DNA from: Actinomycetes bacterium
GTDB lineage: Bacteria; Actinomycetota; Acidimicrobiia; Acidimicrobiales; Palsa-688
DNA: 32,421 nucleotides
NCBI GenBank assembly: GCA_021819345.1
Contig: JAKARG010000001.1
Coordinates: forward strand, 1 to 32,421
Direction of reading: 5' to 3'
In this document: positions 1 to 9,807 of the stretch, piece by piece
How positions within the stretch are numbered: the first letter of the stretch is position 1
Layout of the letters: every line of letters begins with the position of its first letter
Notes under the pieces: model-generated
Told to the model about the DNA's origin: nothing
What the model saw: only the letters and a program-made list of their open reading frames with translations
The model's database searches: none
Made by a program: the position numbers and the translations under genes

Positions 1-1140
1 TATCGGCACAGGTCCATAGTCGGGAACCCCTGCGAGGCCTAGGAAGCTTTTGAGATAAGCCGGTTCGTCGATCAACGACTGCATCGCCTGCCTTACGTAG
101 AGCTGCCGAAGGGCCGGTCCTACGGTCGGATTATTGAAGTTCAAGACGATGTAGCTGATGGACAACAGGGGCCAGGGGTCGAGGCGGTACCCAGCGGCGG
201 CGAAGCGCGCAGACGCCGAAAGATCCGATATTGGAACATACCCATAGGTCAGTCCTCCCGTGGACAGCTCGTTGGCCTCCGCCGCATCGGACGTGAAGGG
301 CTCCATGATGAACTTGGCAATCGTCGGGAATCTCCCGATGTCGTATCTCTTGTTGGGCAGGAGCACGGCGTACCCATCCGATCGGTACTCCGCCAGATGC
401 CACGGTCCGTCGACGACCTGCCACAGCTTGTTCGTGGAGTACGTGGCGGTGTCACGTGCCTGACCGAGGAGGAAGGAGAGAACCTTCGAAGCTCCTCCAG
501 GTGTCAGGTCGAAGTTGCCGATCGGACCCTTCAGCGAGGTCTTGTCCCAGGCTTGTTGTGGAAGGGCGATGAGGTCCGACAGCTGCGAGTCGGTGAACCA
601 GGTGGGCGAGTACGCCCTCGTCAGCTCGAGGGTGAGCGACCTCTGGCTGTCGATCCGTACTGACCGGATGTTGGAGGGGAGCTCACCGGCGACGTATCCC
701 CACCAGTTGGATTCGTACGCCCTGACGAGATCGATGAAGAACTCCACGTCACGGCTCGTGACCGGCGCACCGTCGGACCAGCGGGCTCGCTTCAAGGTGA
801 TGGTCACAGCTGTGTCCCCGCGGCTGTAGACCGGGGGCTCCGCCAGGCTGAGGGATCGGTTGGGAGCCAGCTCACCTTGTTGACCGAACCAGTACAGCGG
901 CTGCCACTGCAGGTACTGGAAGTCAATGTTGGAGGGGAGGTCTACAGCGAGCGAGCCGAAGGGAAGGATCCAGTTGATCGCTCCCGAGGACTGGTTCTCG
1001 GCAAAGCTGACCGTGCCGCCTTTGATTGGAGCCTGCCGAGTGCCGGACGGCTTGGAACAGCTGTTCCACGAAGCCACTGAGAGCGCGAGCACGGTCGCTC
1101 CGACGAGGGAGGCGATGACGTTCTTGGGGGACTTGTTCAT
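1..1140 (-). CDS. ABC transporter substrate-binding protein, family 5 (peptide/nickel type); 3' end cut by window edge
   Basis: Not in the ORF track because no stop lies inside the window. My reverse-complement translation from ATG 1140..1138 reads MNKSPKNVIASLVGATVLALSVAS... and stays open for 380 codons to position 1. It is clearly paralogous to the SBP at 3017..4828, sharing RWSDG..VT.RDV, PQQAWDKTS, VVDGPW, FTSD.AE.N.L..G.LTYGY.P and RQLY.RQAMQ.LID. Confidence 0.85.
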   Translation of the reverse strand, partial: MNKSPKNVIASLVGATVLALSVASWNSCSKPSGTRQAPIKGGTVSFAENQSSGAINWILPFGSLAVDLPSNIDFQYLQWQPLYWFGQQGELAPNRSLSLAEPPVYSRGDTAVTITLKRARWSDGAPVTSRDVEFFIDLVRAYESNWWGYVAGELPSNIRSVRIDSQRSLTLELTRAYSPTWFTDSQLSDLIALPQQAWDKTSLKGPIGNFDLTPGGASKVLSFLLGQARDTATYSTNKLWQVVDGPWHLAEYRSDGYAVLLPNKRYDIGRFPTIAKFIMEPFTSDAAEANELSTGGLTYGYVPISDLSASARFAAAGYRLDPWPLLSISYIVLNFNNPTVGPALRQLYVRQAMQSLIDEPAYLKSFLGLAGVPDYGPVPI

Positions 1141-1167
1141 CTCTTCTCCAGAAAGTTGGTTGACCGG

Positions 1168-2070
1168 TCAACGGCGGCGCAGGCGCACCTCGAGGGCCTC
1201 ACGCAACGCATCTCCTATGAAATTGAACCCGACAACGGTGAGGACGATCGCCACGCCAGGCGGGTAGACGAGCCACCAGTAGCCCGAATAGAGGTAGTTG
1301 ATCCCGTTCGACAGCATTCCGCCCCAGTCCGCAGCCGGCGGCGGCAGCCCGAGACCCAGGTAGCTGAGCGAGGCCAGTAGGAGGATCGCGTCCGCAACCT
1401 GAAAGCTCGCATTGACGACGAGAGTCCCGATCGAGTTGGGTATCAGGTGGCGGACGATGATCTGGGGGCGACCGACGCCGAAGAGCCGTGCGGCGCGGAC
1501 GAACTCGCGCTCACGCAGCACGAGCACCTCCCCCCGGACCAGCCGGCTCGGAATGAGCCAGGACACGAGTGACACGACGAGGATGAGAAGCGGGACGGTG
1601 GGGCGGTGGATGGTGGCAAGGAACAGTAGGAGAAGGATCGGTGGGACAGAGAGCATGGTGTCGACGACGCGCATCATCACGCTGTCGGTCAGGGGCTTGG
1701 CAAAGCCTGCTACAGCCCCCCAGATGGCCCCGAAGGCAGTTGCGATGAGCGCCGCAGCTACGCCCACCTCGAGTGACGACTGACCACCGACCATGAGGCG
1801 CCCCAGCTCGTCGTAGCCTAGCCCGTCGGTGCCGAGCAAGTGGTGCGGACCGGGCGGGAGGTGGACCTGGCTCAAGTTCGTGTGGATCTGGTCGGTATGG
1901 TAGAGAAGAGGACCCACGAAGCAGAACAAAGCCATTGACACAACGATCAAGGCTCCGACAATTCCGAGCCGATTCCGGCGGAACTCCCGGAGAGCCGCAA
2001 GGCCGTTTCTGCTGGAACTGGTCGGGAGAGATGCAGGTGCAGGACCCTCGGCGGACAAGATGGCTGTCAT
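1168..2070 (-). CDS. ABC transporter permease (DppC/OppC-like)
   Basis: Lies in track ORF 1168..2379. The internal ATG at 2070 (MTAILSAEGP...) overlaps the upstream stop as ATGA (2067..2070). The 103 codons upstream are Arg/Cys-rich junk overlapping the neighbouring gene. It has multiple hydrophobic spans and a permease loop (SWLIPSRLVRGEVLVLREREFVRAARLFG). Confidence 0.9.
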   Translation of the reverse strand: MTAILSAEGPAPASLPTSSSRNGLAALREFRRNRLGIVGALIVVSMALFCFVGPLLYHTDQIHTNLSQVHLPPGPHHLLGTDGLGYDELGRLMVGGQSSLEVGVAAALIATAFGAIWGAVAGFAKPLTDSVMMRVVDTMLSVPPILLLLFLATIHRPTVPLLILVVSLVSWLIPSRLVRGEVLVLREREFVRAARLFGVGRPQIIVRHLIPNSIGTLVVNASFQVADAILLLASLSYLGLGLPPPAADWGGMLSNGINYLYSGYWWLVYPPGVAIVLTVVGFNFIGDALREALEVRLRRR

Positions 2071-3011
2071 TGAACTCGGACGCGAGGGTCGATGACTGCG
2101 TAGAGAATGTCGGCGAGAAGCGATCCGACCACTGTCGCTACTGCGACGACGAGCGTGACCCCTAGGATGACCGGGTAATCCTCGTCTTGTGCCGCGTTCC
2201 AGAGCAGCAGACCCATTCCCGGATAGTTGAAGACGGACTCCACCACGACCGCACCCCCGACGACGACGGGCAGCGTGAGGCCAACCAGCGTCACGACAGG
2301 CCCCACAGCATTTCGTAGAACATGGCGCGACGCAAGAAGTAGCTCGCCGAAGCCTTTCGCACGTACGGCGCGTACCCAATCCTGGGTCAGGGCTTCGATG
2401 GTCGAGGAACGAACGTAGCGACTGAAGAGGGCAATGGTGACGAGCGTGAGAGTGATGATCGGCAGGGCGATGTCGGACGGGTGCAGGAGCAGCTGGCCAA
2501 TCGACGCCTGCGGAACGATTGGTTGGAACAGATGTAATTGCACCGCGAACAATACGACGAGGATGAGGCCCAACCAGAAGATCGGCATCGAGTAGAAGAC
2601 GAAGGAGAAGCCCGTTGCCACATAATCAGCGATCCGGTTCCGACGAAAAGCCTGGAGCATGCCGAGTGGTATTGCTATCAGAAGGGCGAAGGCGTTGGCG
2701 AAGCCGACGAGGACCACGTCTCCTGGTAGGCGTTGGCCGATGAGGGTGAGCACCGGCTCGTTGAGCTTGACCGAGTACCCGAGATCGCCCTGGAACAGAT
2801 CGGCGGTCCAGCGCAGGTACTGGACGGGTAGGGGCCGGTTGTACCCGTACTCACGGTTGAACGCAGCGATCTTGGCTGGTGTCGCTCGATCACCGAGCAT
2901 TGCTCGTGCGGGCCCGCCGGGAAGGAGGTGGATCATGACGAACACGATCACCGATACGCCGAACAGGACTGCTAGGGCCTGGCCTGTTCGGCGGAGCAAG
3001 AAGTGTCCCAT
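2067..3011 (-). CDS. ABC transporter permease (DppB/OppB-like)
   Basis: Lies in track ORF 2067..3035. I prefer ATG 3011 (MGHFLLRRTGQALAVLFGVSVIVFVMIHLLPGGPA, a typical DppB-type N-terminus), 5 nt after the SBP stop at 3017..3019. The alternative start is 3035. Confidence 0.9.
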   Translation of the reverse strand: MGHFLLRRTGQALAVLFGVSVIVFVMIHLLPGGPARAMLGDRATPAKIAAFNREYGYNRPLPVQYLRWTADLFQGDLGYSVKLNEPVLTLIGQRLPGDVVLVGFANAFALLIAIPLGMLQAFRRNRIADYVATGFSFVFYSMPIFWLGLILVVLFAVQLHLFQPIVPQASIGQLLLHPSDIALPIITLTLVTIALFSRYVRSSTIEALTQDWVRAVRAKGFGELLLASRHVLRNAVGPVVTLVGLTLPVVVGGAVVVESVFNYPGMGLLLWNAAQDEDYPVILGVTLVVAVATVVGSLLADILYAVIDPRVRVQ

Positions 3012-3016
3012 CGCGC

Positions 3017-4828
3017 CTACTTGCCCACCGACCACAGCTCCGGCGTGATGCCAAGACCATCAACGGGCTGAGGGGTTGCACCATGGAGGCGCTTGCTGAT
3101 CGCGGAGATCTGGACGGGCGATACGGGCATGAAGAGCATCGGCAGCTGCTGGGCCGTGTAGTTCTGCCAGGTGTCCAGGGGCCCGAGACCCGGTTGGGTC
3201 GTCGTGGCTCTGATGAGGGTGTCCATCCGGGAGTTGCTGTAGCTGCCGAAGTTCCCCACCGCCCCTGTGGCGAACGCGACCTCTCCCGAAGGGTAGTTGT
3301 CGGGAGAGAACTCCCATCCGTTACCCCAGTAGGCCATTCCCCAGGTGCAGGAGGCCTGCCCTGCACTGCAGGGGACTGCGGCCGCTTCCACCTGTGCGAA
3401 GGGTTCTTGGGTGAGGGTGAGGTCTATCCCGGCCAACGAGAAAGAAGACTTGAGCGCCTGGGCTTCCTCTCCGACGGTTGCGAGTCCTGAGGCATAGAGG
3501 AGACCGAGCCGAAGGGGCGCGCCAGCTCTGATCCCTGTGCCGCAGCTCGTCGGTCCGTTGCCAGGGCGGTCGCAGACGGCGACGCCAGCTCGGTTGCGCC
3601 TCCAGCCATGGCTTCGGAGCAGCGCCTCGGCGGCGCGGAGCGAGTAACGCAGCGGGCCCGCCTTCACGTAGGAGTCCACGTACTGGGTCGATGGCCCGTT
3701 GGGGACGGGACCGTTGTCGGTGATGCCGTAACCGTCGAGAAGAGCGGACTCGAGCTGGCGTTCGTCGATGAGTCGCTGCATCGCCTGGCGAATATATAGC
3801 TGGCGGTAGAGCGGACCTTGAGTGGGATTGTGGAAGTTCATCGGGATGATGTTCATGGACCACAGGTACCACGGGACCACGTCGAACCCTTCGCCTTCGA
3901 GGAGGCTGCGCTGGCCGAGGTCCCCGATAGGTATGTAACCGTAGGTCAAGGACCCCGAACGTAGGGCGTTGTACTCGGCGGAGTCCGATGTGAAAGGAAC
4001 CTCGATGAACTTCGAGAGCTCGGGCTCGTGGCCGAAATAGGTCTTATTCGGAACGAAGACTGCGTAGCCATCGGGGCTGAAGCTGGATAGTCTCCAGGGG
4101 CCGTCGACGACTTTCCAGAGTGGATTCGTTGCGTAGGTCCGGAGGTCGGTCGACTGAGCGTTCAGGAACTTGTAGACGGCATGGGCCCCCGAGGCGGTGT
4201 AGTCGAAGTTCCCGACGGGTCCCGAGGCGCTCGTCTTGTCCCAGGCCTGTTGGGGGATCGGCACGATCTGGCTGAGCTCGTTCAAGGTGAACCAGGTGGG
4301 ATTGACGCTTGCGGTCAGATGGAGCACGACCGTCGTAGTCGAGGTGGTGGTGACCGAGGCGACGTCGTCGGGAAAGTAGCCCGGGGCGTACTCTCCCCAA
4401 TCCTGCTTGTTGGCCCGCAAGAGGTTGATCCAGAACGTAACGTCCCTCGCCGTCACCGCGTGTCCGTCGGACCACCGTACATGCTTGAGCCGGATGGTGA
4501 CCACACGGTCGGCGCCGGTGTAGATTGGCGGGTACGCCAAAGAAAGCGTGTCGTTCAGCTCGACGTCGCTCCCCCGGCCGAAGAAGTAGAGCGGGCGCCA
4601 CATGAGGTTTTGGAACTCGTTGATGTTGGTCGTGTCGAAGTACTGGAGTGCGTCGAGGGGAAAGATGTAGTTCGGAGGCGAGCCGGGTGACTCGGCGAAG
4701 GTGGCCGTGCCTCCGTGCCTGGTTGCGGTCGTGACCGCACTAGGCGGTGCTGGGGTCGAGCCGCAAGCGCCGAGGATCCCGGAGAGAGCAGATAGTGAGA
4801 GGATGGTAGCAATGCGGCGGTGTCTCAT
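3017..4828 (-). CDS. ABC transporter substrate-binding lipoprotein, family 5 (peptide/nickel type)
   Basis: Lies in track ORF 3017..5032. ATG 4828 gives MRHRRIATILSLSALSGILGACGS, a signal peptide with a lipobox-like LGAC. It is preceded by GGAG (ttggagcagcATG). The 68 codons upstream look non-coding. Confidence 0.9.
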   Translation of the reverse strand: MRHRRIATILSLSALSGILGACGSTPAPPSAVTTATRHGGTATFAESPGSPPNYIFPLDALQYFDTTNINEFQNLMWRPLYFFGRGSDVELNDTLSLAYPPIYTGADRVVTIRLKHVRWSDGHAVTARDVTFWINLLRANKQDWGEYAPGYFPDDVASVTTTSTTTVVLHLTASVNPTWFTLNELSQIVPIPQQAWDKTSASGPVGNFDYTASGAHAVYKFLNAQSTDLRTYATNPLWKVVDGPWRLSSFSPDGYAVFVPNKTYFGHEPELSKFIEVPFTSDSAEYNALRSGSLTYGYIPIGDLGQRSLLEGEGFDVVPWYLWSMNIIPMNFHNPTQGPLYRQLYIRQAMQRLIDERQLESALLDGYGITDNGPVPNGPSTQYVDSYVKAGPLRYSLRAAEALLRSHGWRRNRAGVAVCDRPGNGPTSCGTGIRAGAPLRLGLLYASGLATVGEEAQALKSSFSLAGIDLTLTQEPFAQVEAAAVPCSAGQASCTWGMAYWGNGWEFSPDNYPSGEVAFATGAVGNFGSYSNSRMDTLIRATTTQPGLGPLDTWQNYTAQQLPMLFMPVSPVQISAISKRLHGATPQPVDGLGITPELWSVGK

Positions 4829-4958
4829 GCTGCTCCAATCTGAGGGACGGATGCTGCGCCTTTTCGTCGGAGAGGCCAGGTGATCGGCGGTCTCTCGGTC
4901 CTCCCCCGACGGTCTGCCAGACCCAGCCTGCCTACGTCGAGGCGGTTTAGTCCTGCTG

Positions 4959-4987
4959 TTCCTATCAGAGATGTAGATGCTCGTCAA
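4959..4987 (-). promoter_or_regulatory. Candidate sigma70-type promoter for the SBP-permease operon
   Basis: The minus strand reads TTGACG (4987..4982), a 17-nt spacer ending in TGA, then TAGGAA (4964..4959). It sits in the 269-bp divergent intergenic region. This is pattern matching only. Confidence 0.25.
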
Positions 4988-5097
4988 GGGAGGCCGGCAC
5001 CCGTGAGGCACGCGTTCATCTTCTCGTAACACGCAACAGCAGAGGCCCCTCGCGAGGGACGGGCTCTCGGAGCGGCAGACGCTAGACGGGCGATCGA

Positions 5098-5763
5098 GTG
5101 GTGAGTATGCTGGGACTGAACCTATTGAGCGCTCTAGGGTGGGTCATGCAGCCAGGTGGAGATGGTCGCCGGGAACGGATCACCGTTGGACCCGACGTCG
5201 AGAGGGAGCGGCCGGTCGCAGAGCTACGCATCGGTCCGCGCCTAAGGCGCGCTCGGCTCGCCGGGGGGCTCACGCTCGCTGAGGTCGCTGGAGCGACAGG
5301 GCTGACGAAGGGTTTCATCAGCCAGCTGGAGCGGGACATGACTTCGGCGTCGGTCGCCTCGCTCGTCAAGGTGTGCGAGGTGCTGCGCATCAGTGTGGGG
5401 GCTTTGTTCGAGCCGCCTTCGGCATCACTGACGCGTGCGGACGAGGCGCCGAGGATCAACTTCGGCGGGGTGGGTCTGGTGGAGGCTCTCCTCACTCCGC
5501 GGGGGACCAGCGACCTGCAAGTGATACGGTCGGTGATCGAGCCGGGGGGGGGAAGTGGGGAGGAACCCTATGGTCTCGACGCGAAGGCCGAGGTGGCGTA
5601 CGTCCTCGAAGGAGCTCTGGTCGTCGCGCTGGAGGGCGAAGAGTTCCGGCTCGGCGCCGGAGATGCGCTGACCTTCTCCGCGCGGGTGCCGCACGCGTGG
5701 CACAATCCGTCGGCCGACGAGCGCGCGGTCACCCTTTGGGTGCTCGCCCCGAGCCCATGGTGA
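5098..5763 (+). CDS. XRE-family HTH transcriptional regulator with C-terminal cupin domain
   Basis: HTH segment [32 protein letters not shown], then a cupin barrel [40 protein letters not shown]. The start is uncertain: GTG 5098, ATG 5107 or ATG 5146. Confidence 0.85.
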   Translation: MVSMLGLNLLSALGWVMQPGGDGRRERITVGPDVERERPVAELRIGPRLRRARLAGGLTLAEVAGATGLTKGFISQLERDMTSASVASLVKVCEVLRISVGALFEPPSASLTRADEAPRINFGGVGLVEALLTPRGTSDLQVIRSVIEPGGGSGEEPYGLDAKAEVAYVLEGALVVALEGEEFRLGAGDALTFSARVPHAWHNPSADERAVTLWVLAPSPW

Positions 5764-7844
5764 GCCCGCTGCAGGAGGGAGGATGCCGGCGCTCCGAGGG
5801 TGACGCGGTCGTGCTCGAGTTGAGCGGGCTCGAGACCGTGGTCCGGCTTCGTACGGGTACCGTGCGGGCTGTCGATGGCGTGAGCCTCACGGTACGGAGG
5901 GGTGAGACGGTTGGCCTTGTAGGGGAGTCGGGCAGTGGGAAGACGATGACCGGTATGTCGGTCGTGCAGCTTCTGCCGCCCGGCGGCGAGATCGTCGGCG
6001 GTGAGGTGAACTTCCTGGGTCGTGACCTGCGCTGCGCGTCCCGAGCCGAGCTGCGTCGCATCCGAGGAAGCGAGATCGGTGTGATCTTCCAGGATCCGAT
6101 GACGTCGCTCGATCCGACGATGCCGATCGGTCGGCAGGTGGGGGAGGTGTGGCGGCTCCATCGCGGAGGCTCCCGGACGGAGGCTCTCGCCCGTGCCGAG
6201 GAGGTCCTCGGTCGCGTGGGCCTGCCGAACCCGAGCCAACGCCTCGGGACGTTTCCGCACCAGTTGTCAGGGGGGCTCCGCCAGCGGGTGATGATCGCAA
6301 TGGCGCTGGTGTGTGAACCAAAGCTCATCATCGCTGATGAGCCGACGACTGCCTTGGACGTCACGATCCAGGCCCAGATCCTCGACCTCTTACAGCAGCT
6401 GAAGGTGGAGCTCGATGTCGCTGTTTTGTTGATCACCCATGACATGGGCGTGGTGGCCAACCATACCGACAGGGTGGCGGTCATGTACGCCGGGAGGGTG
6501 GTCGAGGAAGCTGGGACCGCCGAGCTGTTCCGCCATCCACGACACCGCTACAGCCAAGCGTTGCTTGGGTCGATCCCGAAGTTGAGCCAGGACAGAAGTC
6601 GGCGGCTCTACGCGATCGGTGGCCTCCCGCCCGACCTGTCTGTTCCGATCGAGGGCTGCCGCTTCGTGCCCCGCTGCCAGTTCGCGGGAAGCGACTGTGT
6701 CGCAGGGGAGCCCCCGTTCACGGGCATGTCGACCCACCGCTTCGCCTGCTGGCATCCGGCTCCGGATGACGGTGCTCCAGGCGAGGTCGGAAGACTGGCC
6801 ATCGTCGAGGAGTCGGGCGAAGCGCCCGCGCTCGTGGTCTGCGAGGGGCTCACCAAGGAGTTCCCGTTGGGTCGCGGTCTCGTTCCCGGGCGCAGGGGCA
6901 GGGTAGTCAAGGCGGTGTCGAACGTGACGATGTCGATCCGGGCTGGGGAGACCTTCGGGCTCGTTGGCGAGTCGGGTTGCGGCAAGACGACGCTCGCACA
7001 CATGATCGTCGGTTTGGAGGCTGCCACGGCGGGCCGTATCGCCTACGACGGCGTCGAGGTCGGCACAGCCGGTCACCGTGACCGAGCCCGCCTGCGGCGC
7101 GAGCTGCAACTGATGTTCCAGGACCCGTACTCGTCGCTCGACCCCCGGATGAAGGTCGGCTCGATAATAGCCGAGCCGCTTCGAGCCCAGCACAGTGGGG
7201 GGCTGACCTCGCGGCGTGCCAGAGTGCTGGAGGTGCTCGACCAAGTGGGCCTGCCCTCGTCGGCGGTGGACCGCTACCCCCACGAGTTCTCTGGCGGGCA
7301 ACGCCAACGGATCGGGCTTGCTCGTTCCCTTGCGCTGCGGCCGAAGCTGATAGTAGCCGACGAGCCGGTCTCGGCCCTCGACGTGTCGATCCGCTCACAG
7401 ATCCTCAACTTGATGCGCGAGCTGCAGGTTGACCACGGGCTCACCTACCTCGTGATCTCGCACGACCTCTCGGTGGTGCGCTACCTCGCAGACCGGATCG
7501 GGGTCATGTACCTCGGACGGCTGGTGGAGGTCGGCCAGGGAGATGACATCTACGAACGACCTGCTCATCCCTACACGTCGGCGCTGCTCGCAAGCCTGCC
7601 GAGCGCTGATCTGGCGGGCGGGGGCGAGCTGGGAGCGACCGCGGCTAAGATCGGCGGCGAGCTGCCTTCGGCCATCGACCCACCGTCGGGCTGCCATTTT
7701 CGAACCCGCTGCCCCCGGGCAGAGGGGATCTGCGCACGAGTCGAGCCGCCCTACACGCCGCTCGGAGGCGAGCATCAGGTGGCGTGCCACTTTCCCCTAC
7801 AGGTTCCAGTATCCGTGAGCGTGCCCACCGAAGAAGGGAATTGA
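5757..7844 (+). CDS. Fused double ABC ATPase (DppD-DppF-like) of the peptide/nickel transporter family
   Basis: In frame with track ORF 5373..7844. ATG 5757 overlaps the regulator stop (ATGGTGA). There are two full cassettes. Walker A motifs are GESGSGKT and GESGCGKT, signatures are LSGGLRQR and FSGGQRQR, and Walker B motifs are [11 protein letters not shown] and [11 protein letters not shown]. Each cassette is followed by a Cys-rich oligopeptide-type C-terminal motif ([15 protein letters not shown]). Confidence 0.92.
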   Translation: MVSPLQEGGCRRSEGDAVVLELSGLETVVRLRTGTVRAVDGVSLTVRRGETVGLVGESGSGKTMTGMSVVQLLPPGGEIVGGEVNFLGRDLRCASRAELRRIRGSEIGVIFQDPMTSLDPTMPIGRQVGEVWRLHRGGSRTEALARAEEVLGRVGLPNPSQRLGTFPHQLSGGLRQRVMIAMALVCEPKLIIADEPTTALDVTIQAQILDLLQQLKVELDVAVLLITHDMGVVANHTDRVAVMYAGRVVEEAGTAELFRHPRHRYSQALLGSIPKLSQDRSRRLYAIGGLPPDLSVPIEGCRFVPRCQFAGSDCVAGEPPFTGMSTHRFACWHPAPDDGAPGEVGRLAIVEESGEAPALVVCEGLTKEFPLGRGLVPGRRGRVVKAVSNVTMSIRAGETFGLVGESGCGKTTLAHMIVGLEAATAGRIAYDGVEVGTAGHRDRARLRRELQLMFQDPYSSLDPRMKVGSIIAEPLRAQHSGGLTSRRARVLEVLDQVGLPSSAVDRYPHEFSGGQRQRIGLARSLALRPKLIVADEPVSALDVSIRSQILNLMRELQVDHGLTYLVISHDLSVVRYLADRIGVMYLGRLVEVGQGDDIYERPAHPYTSALLASLPSADLAGGGELGATAAKIGGELPSAIDPPSGCHFRTRCPRAEGICARVEPPYTPLGGEHQVACHFPLQVPVSVSVPTEEGN

Positions 7845-8218
7845 TGATGGGAGTAGAGCAGATCCGTCCGATCCGCATGGGCGAGGGCCAGGTGGTCGAG
7901 CCGAAATGGCCGGAGGGCGATGCGAGCGAAGGCTGGGCCGAGAAGGAGTACCGTAGCTTCGCCGATGAGACGGGAAGGCTGTTCGGCGGCACCTGGCAAG
8001 GGAGCCCGGGGAGCTTGAGAATGGATCCTTACCCCTACGACGAGGTCTGCGTGATGCTCTCTGGCCGGGTCGCGCTCGTGGACGTCGACGGCGGGCGCCG
8101 GGAGTTCGGCGAAGGTGAGGCGTTCTTCGTCCCCAGAGGCTTTCGGGGGGTATGGGAGACGCTCGTGCCGTCGCAGAAGATCTTCATCGGCATGAGCGTG
8201 ACCGACCCTTCGATATGA
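7844..8218 (+). CDS. Small cupin protein (Cupin_3/DUF861-like)
   Basis: ATG 7844 shares its A with the ATPase stop (TGATG), and GAAGAAGGGAA lies upstream. The sequence YDEVCVMLSGRVALVDVDGGRREFGEGEAFFVPRGFRGVWE matches my recollection of the DUF861 cupin pattern. Confidence 0.7.
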   Translation: MMGVEQIRPIRMGEGQVVEPKWPEGDASEGWAEKEYRSFADETGRLFGGTWQGSPGSLRMDPYPYDEVCVMLSGRVALVDVDGGRREFGEGEAFFVPRGFRGVWETLVPSQKIFIGMSVTDPSI

Positions 8219-9807
8219 CCTCGGCCCCCTTTGCCTGGTCGCCGCGGGGCTGGCCGTCGGAGCGTGCCTTCGCCACGGGCGGTCCCGAGGTCTGGTGCTA
8301 CGCAGACCGCTTCTCCTACCTACCCGGAGAGTCGGTCGGGCTCCACCTGGCCTCGACGGCGCGAGAGTTCGAGGTGGAGATCACACGCGACGGTGCTCGG
8401 CCGGAGCGGGTCTGGTTCAAGAGATCGGTAACGGCTGAGGCCTTCGCGACCCCTGACGACGCCTACGCGGTCGGGTGTGGTTGGCCCGTCGGCCTGACCG
8501 TCGACATACCCGAGAGCTGGCCGTCGGGGTTCTACGTCGTCACCGTCCGGGCCGAGGGCACCGAACCGTGGGAGCGCGAGCACTTCTTCGTAGTCAGGGC
8601 ACCCGTCGAACGTCGCGCAGAGATGGCACTGGTGCTCACGACCAGCACGATGCTCGCCTACAACGACTGGGGTGGGGCGAACCACTACCGGGGCCTCGGA
8701 GACGACCCACGGGTCGAGGGCGCCTCTCCGCGAGTGTCGCTCATGCGTCCAGTGGCCAGGGGAATGATCCGCAAGCCTCCTGGGGCGCCGAGGGAGGCCA
8801 ACCCACTGTCCCTTCCGATGCACGCTCCTCCCCGCTATCCGGCGTACGAGTGGGCACGACTGTTCGGCTACAGCCGGCATCACGCTGATGCGTTCTGGGC
8901 CACCTACGAGCGTCCGTTCGCCATCTGGGCGGAAGGGGAACGATACCGCTTCGACATGCTCACCCAGCAGGACCTGCATGACGATCCGCACGCGCTCGAC
9001 GGATACAGCTGTGCGGTCGTCGTGGGTCATGACGAGTATTGGTCCTGGGAGATGCGCGATGTGGTGGACGCCTTCGTGGACGGCGGGGGGAACCTTTGCC
9101 GCCTCGGCGGTAACTTCTACTGGCAAGTCCGCTTCGAAGAGGGCGGGACCGTACAGTGTTGCTACCGCGCCCCGGCGCTGGATCCGCTGGCGGTCACTCA
9201 GCCGCGGCGTGCGACCACGGCGTGGGAGGCATTGTCGCTCGGGCGCCCCGGAGCGTCCACCATGGGACTGAACGGCATGGGGGGCACGTATGCTCGTTAC
9301 GGCTGCGCCGCGCCTCGAGCCTCAGGCGGCTTCACCGTCTACCGGGAACGGCACTGGGCGTTCGAGGGCACCGACCTTTATTACGGGGACGTCCTCGGTG
9401 GCCTGCCGACGCTCTTGGCCGGCTTCGAGATGGACGGAGTGGACTATACCTTCAGGAGAGGCTTACCGCTTCCCACCTTCGAAGACGGGGCGCCCGAGAG
9501 CCTGGAGATCCTTGCGATGACACCGGCTGTGCGGGGCGAGGAGGACCGCTTCGGTGGTAGCGTCCCTCTAGGCGGACCACTGGACGAAGGCGAGGAATAT
9601 CAACAGGCAATGGCAGCGGATATCCCCACCTGGGCCTCAGCGATGGCCTATCGTGGAGCAGGTATGATCGGGGTGTTCGAGCGAGGCGCAGGCACGGTCT
9701 TCAACGGAGGGTCGACCGAGTGGCCCCACGCTCTCGAAGTCGGGGACCCGTTCTGTACAGGAGTGGTTCGAAACGTGCTCGACCGATTCGGTGCGGAGAG
9801 AGCATGA
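8215..9807 (+). CDS. N,N-dimethylformamidase beta-subunit-like / DUF6605-type protein (function unknown)
   Basis: ATG 8215 overlaps the cupin stop as ATGA. The family call rests on remembered motifs ([34 protein letters not shown]). No search was run. Confidence 0.55.
   Translation: MTSAPFAWSPRGWPSERAFATGGPEVWCYADRFSYLPGESVGLHLASTAREFEVEITRDGARPERVWFKRSVTAEAFATPDDAYAVGCGWPVGLTVDIPESWPSGFYVVTVRAEGTEPWEREHFFVVRAPVERRAEMALVLTTSTMLAYNDWGGANHYRGLGDDPRVEGASPRVSLMRPVARGMIRKPPGAPREANPLSLPMHAPPRYPAYEWARLFGYSRHHADAFWATYERPFAIWAEGERYRFDMLTQQDLHDDPHALDGYSCAVVVGHDEYWSWEMRDVVDAFVDGGGNLCRLGGNFYWQVRFEEGGTVQCCYRAPALDPLAVTQPRRATTAWEALSLGRPGASTMGLNGMGGTYARYGCAAPRASGGFTVYRERHWAFEGTDLYYGDVLGGLPTLLAGFEMDGVDYTFRRGLPLPTFEDGAPESLEILAMTPAVRGEEDRFGGSVPLGGPLDEGEEYQQAMAADIPTWASAMAYRGAGMIGVFERGAGTVFNGGSTEWPHALEVGDPFCTGVVRNVLDRFGAERA

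Noticed and set aside
4829-5097. Possible riboswitch or leader structure in the long divergent region upstream of the SBP gene
   Set aside because: I could not recognise any known riboswitch core or convincing conserved stem architecture by eye. Only a weak promoter-like match is reported.
5373-5756. N-terminal 128-codon extension of the ATPase ORF as given in the track
   Set aside because: It overlaps the XRE-cupin gene out of frame and has Arg/Gly-rich composition. The recognisable ABC domain begins just after ATG 5757, which is coupled to the regulator stop.
9760-9790. GGTTCGAAAC string resembling a tRNA T-loop
   Set aside because: It lies inside the DMFase-like coding frame, and no acceptor, D or anticodon arms can be drawn around it. 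I saw no tRNA-like cloverleaf anywhere in the window.
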